Shown here: positions 27,536 to 29,857 of the stretch, piece by piece
Layout of the letters: every line of letters begins with the position of its first letter
Position numbering within the stretch: position 1 is the stretch's first letter
IMG/VR virus record: IMGVR_UViG_3300005805_000326
Location: 1 to 29,857 of that record
Strand: one strand, 5' to 3'
Length of the DNA stretch: 29,857 bases
DNA from: a virus
Lineage: Duplodnaviria; Caudoviricetes
Notes under the pieces: generated by a model
Told to the model about the DNA's origin: nothing
Database searches by the model: none
The model's input: only the letters and a program-made list of their open reading frames with translations
Position numbers and translations under genes: made by a program

Positions 27536-28624
27536 TTAAATTCCAGCAAGGCGACGAATATCTACAATATTTGCGTCTTCTTTGCTGCTACTTACGCTGT
27601 TGGTTTCTTTATTGCCTGTAACTTCTTTTGCCTCAACTAATGCCTGTTTCTTCTTTGGAGCGTCACCAGCAATTACGCTTGGTAAGTACTTTTCAAAACT
27701 TGTTTTTAGTTTTGTAGTTTGTACGCTTTCAAGTAATTCCTTCATAATAGCCTTTTGCTGTGGAGCAAGAGGTGCTATTAGTTCATTCATAATACCTTGA
27801 CGTTCTTGACTTTCCTTAAGAATTTTTACTTCTTTGTCTTTGCTTTCCATGACTAAACGTGCTTCTGCTACAGCGTTTTTAGCAGCGGCAAGTTCTAATT
27901 CTTTCGTGTCTATGACCTTGAGCAATTTACTTGTTTCTGATTTTTCGTTAAGATAACTGTTCTGATATTCGCTAGCAAAAGCTTCGAAGAGCTTGCGACC
28001 GAAGTCATTACGACGAGCACTTTCAATGTCTTCTTTAAGTTGACCAATTTCCTTTGTAAGGGTTTTTTCAACTGTAGATTCAACTAATTGTGCTGCACGT
28101 TTTACAAACTGTTCTTTCATTTTGCTTAATGCTTCACGACCTTCACGAACAAGTTTTACCTTAGTTTTTGCTAAGTCCTGCTTGTCTAAATGAAATTCTG
28201 CTATTTCTTGTGCAAGAGCTTCTACTACAAACTTTTCTAGAGTTTTAAATTTTGCAGCCATTTGTACTTGATCTTCGTGCAACTCTTTAACTTCAGCAGC
28301 AAGTTGTCTTGTAACGAATTCCTTCATTAGTTGAGCAGTTTTTCTGCCTTCAACAACAACTCTTGCTTTAGCTTCAGCAAGTTGACCACGATCTTCTACA
28401 AATTGCTTGATCTCATCTCTTAGCTGGTCGCCAAGCATACGATCAATTGCTTCAACCATAACCTGTTTGTCATGCTCGTAGCGTTGTGCAAATTCTTCAC
28501 GTAGTTCTTGAGTTAGCTGTGAGCGGGCCTCTGTAATACGAGATTCCCAAGCTTTCTCAATGTCAGCTTTTACCTCTTCAGAAATCACATTATTCTCAAA
28601 TAGTTGTTTTAGTGCATCCAACAT
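27536..28624 (-). CDS. gp22: Prohead core scaffolding protein (gp22-like)
   Basis: Coiled-coil-rich E/K/A/L protein between the protease and capsid genes; GRKLFEAF..E motif; several L/I-x-E potential cleavage sites; SD AGGAG. Confidence 0.8.
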   Translation of the reverse strand: MLDALKQLFENNVISEEVKADIEKAWESRITEARSQLTQELREEFAQRYEHDKQVMVEAIDRMLGDQLRDEIKQFVEDRGQLAEAKARVVVEGRKTAQLMKEFVTRQLAAEVKELHEDQVQMAAKFKTLEKFVVEALAQEIAEFHLDKQDLAKTKVKLVREGREALSKMKEQFVKRAAQLVESTVEKTLTKEIGQLKEDIESARRNDFGRKLFEAFASEYQNSYLNEKSETSKLLKVIDTKELELAAAKNAVAEARLVMESKDKEVKILKESQERQGIMNELIAPLAPQQKAIMKELLESVQTTKLKTSFEKYLPSVIAGDAPKKKQALVEAKEVTGNKETNSVSSSKEDANIVDIRRLAGI

Positions 28625-28639
28625 GTGATTCTCCTATTT

Positions 28640-29269
28640 TTATCGGAGCTTGCCTATTATTGCTAATAGGCTCTCTTTGAGATATTTTTGTGCCTTTGGA
28701 TCGTCTTTGACCTCTTGCGCTATACGCAAGCTACGATAACCATTACGAGTATTCATAAGATGTTCGTATATTGGTGTAGGATACGCTCCAGGAGCACTTG
28801 GTTGAGCTACCACATCTATTGTGATAATCTCGAAATCGGAAACTTCACCGGAACCGTCCTCTCGAACGTTCCCGGATCCGCGACTACTTACTCCTAACTT
28901 AACACCGCTTTCTAACATAGTTTTAACTAGGTTACCCATTGGTGTAGGTAGGATTTTTAATTTTCCATAACCGTCTGCATTTTCCATCCACATTTTTGTA
29001 ACCATGTGGCACACGCGGTCAAGGTTAATTCTTAGGTCATCAGGATGATCTACTTCGCCAAGAACTGAATATCCACCTTCAATTTGATCGTTCAGGGTTT
29101 TGACAGCCCTGGCGATTTCTTTCGCAGGATAAACACGCTGATTCTGATTCCTTTTGTCGCCTTGAATGAAAATCCCTGTCATATACAAGGACTTTCCATT
29201 CTCAGTACCATCGGATTCAACGACCATTTTTGCTTGGTCGAAACTCAGGTTTTCACGAAGATAGTTCAT
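28640..29269 (-). CDS. gp21: Prohead core protease, T4 gp21 family
   Basis: LY.TGIFIQG...N.N.RVYP, LGE.DHP, INLDRV.H, ILPTPMG, LGVSSRG.G and DVVA.PSAP.AY. Confidence 0.95.
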   Translation of the reverse strand: MNYLRENLSFDQAKMVVESDGTENGKSLYMTGIFIQGDKRNQNQRVYPAKEIARAVKTLNDQIEGGYSVLGEVDHPDDLRINLDRVCHMVTKMWMENADGYGKLKILPTPMGNLVKTMLESGVKLGVSSRGSGNVREDGSGEVSDFEIITIDVVAQPSAPGAYPTPIYEHLMNTRNGYRSLRIAQEVKDDPKAQKYLKESLLAIIGKLR

Positions 29270-29279
29270 CTATTCTACC

Positions 29280-29857
29280 TTATTTGGCACGCTTAGGAGC
29301 ACCGTTCATTAAACTACCGGCACTTTTGTCAGCCTGCTCTTTTCCTAAGCCATTTGGATATGTTGGCTCTTTATGTTTGAATGCTGTCTTACCAGCATTA
29401 CCACCTGGGACATTAATATTGCCCATGTTATCCTCTTTAGGATTTCCTTTAAAAACGCTACTGCCTTTTAAATGACCTTTGTTAGCTTCTACAGGACCAC
29501 TTTCTGTGCCACCTTTAAGGTTAGCTACAGTTCCGCCCATATCATTCTTACCAGCTACAATACTTTTTGTATTAGCTCCGTTGTCACCCATTTTGCCGTA
29601 ACTTGTATAGTCTTTGCCGCCTACTTTTTCTACGTATTCACGCATAAAGTTGTCTGTTTCGAAACTAAGTTCATCTTCTTCTGAGCCCATTTCCATGTCC
29701 ATGTCGTCACCGCCCATGTCCATTTCATCATCTCCACCCATATCATCCATACCTTCTTCGCCGGACATTAAGGCTTCAAATTCAGCTTTTAATTCATCAA
29801 GTGCATCTTCTAGGTCAACAACGCGGTCTTCTAGGTCGCCTTCGCCACCCATATCAT
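29280..29857 (-). CDS. Acidic prohead core-like protein, 5'-truncated
   Basis: The frame is open to the window end. D/E/M/G low-complexity repeats (DDMGGDDEMDMGGDDMDM), a short coiled coil LEDRVVDLEDALDELKAEF, and a position immediately upstream of gp21, as for T4 gp67/gp68. Confidence 0.6.
   Translation of the reverse strand, partial: DMGGEGDLEDRVVDLEDALDELKAEFEALMSGEEGMDDMGGDDEMDMGGDDMDMEMGSEEDELSFETDNFMREYVEKVGGKDYTSYGKMGDNGANTKSIVAGKNDMGGTVANLKGGTESGPVEANKGHLKGSSVFKGNPKEDNMGNINVPGGNAGKTAFKHKEPTYPNGLGKEQADKSAGSLMNGAPKRAK

Noticed and set aside
2536-29684. Short alternative-frame and antisense ORFs in the ORF track (e.g. 4625-4915, 7182-7535, 7984-8376, 17788-18120, 21202-21543)
   Set aside because: They overlap well-supported genes, lack RBS or motifs, and are the expected shadow ORFs of biased codon usage.
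1-29857. Stop-codon reassignment, introns/inteins, tRNAs, CRISPR arrays, IS elements
   Set aside because: Standard-code ORFs tile the window almost completely and conserved genes (gp21, gp23, halogenase) are uninterrupted. No intergenic space or repeat-spacer pattern was seen.

Overview
This is a 29.9-kb fragment of a large T4-related (myovirus-type) bacteriophage genome with two convergent blocks. The minus strand (29857->4403) carries a late structural operon. It runs: truncated acidic prohead-core-like gene, gp21 prohead protease, gp22-like scaffold, a short 389-aa gp23 major capsid protein with its terminator, several small virion genes, two giant paralogous fibre/spike-like proteins (1803 and 2855 aa), three paralogous Gly-rich fibre proteins and a probable fibre chaperone. 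T4-type late promoter motifs (TATAAATA) precede several of these genes. The plus strand (1-4402) carries a more AT-rich, tightly coupled enzyme cassette of two PrnA-like flavin-dependent halogenases and three 2OG-Fe(II) dioxygenases. The most striking observation is that the two giant virion proteins carry seven helical repeats with a C-x-R-D...Y-D...G-N core. This core closely resembles the bilin-attachment helix of phycobiliproteins, and the repeats are inserted into a beta-helix. Other notable items are recurrent D-S-T loop motifs in the virion proteins, a terminator hidden inside the opposite-strand oxygenase gene, a structured leader downstream of gp23, and a probable fold-back artefact at the window start. 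All assignments come from motif recognition by eye; no database searches were run.
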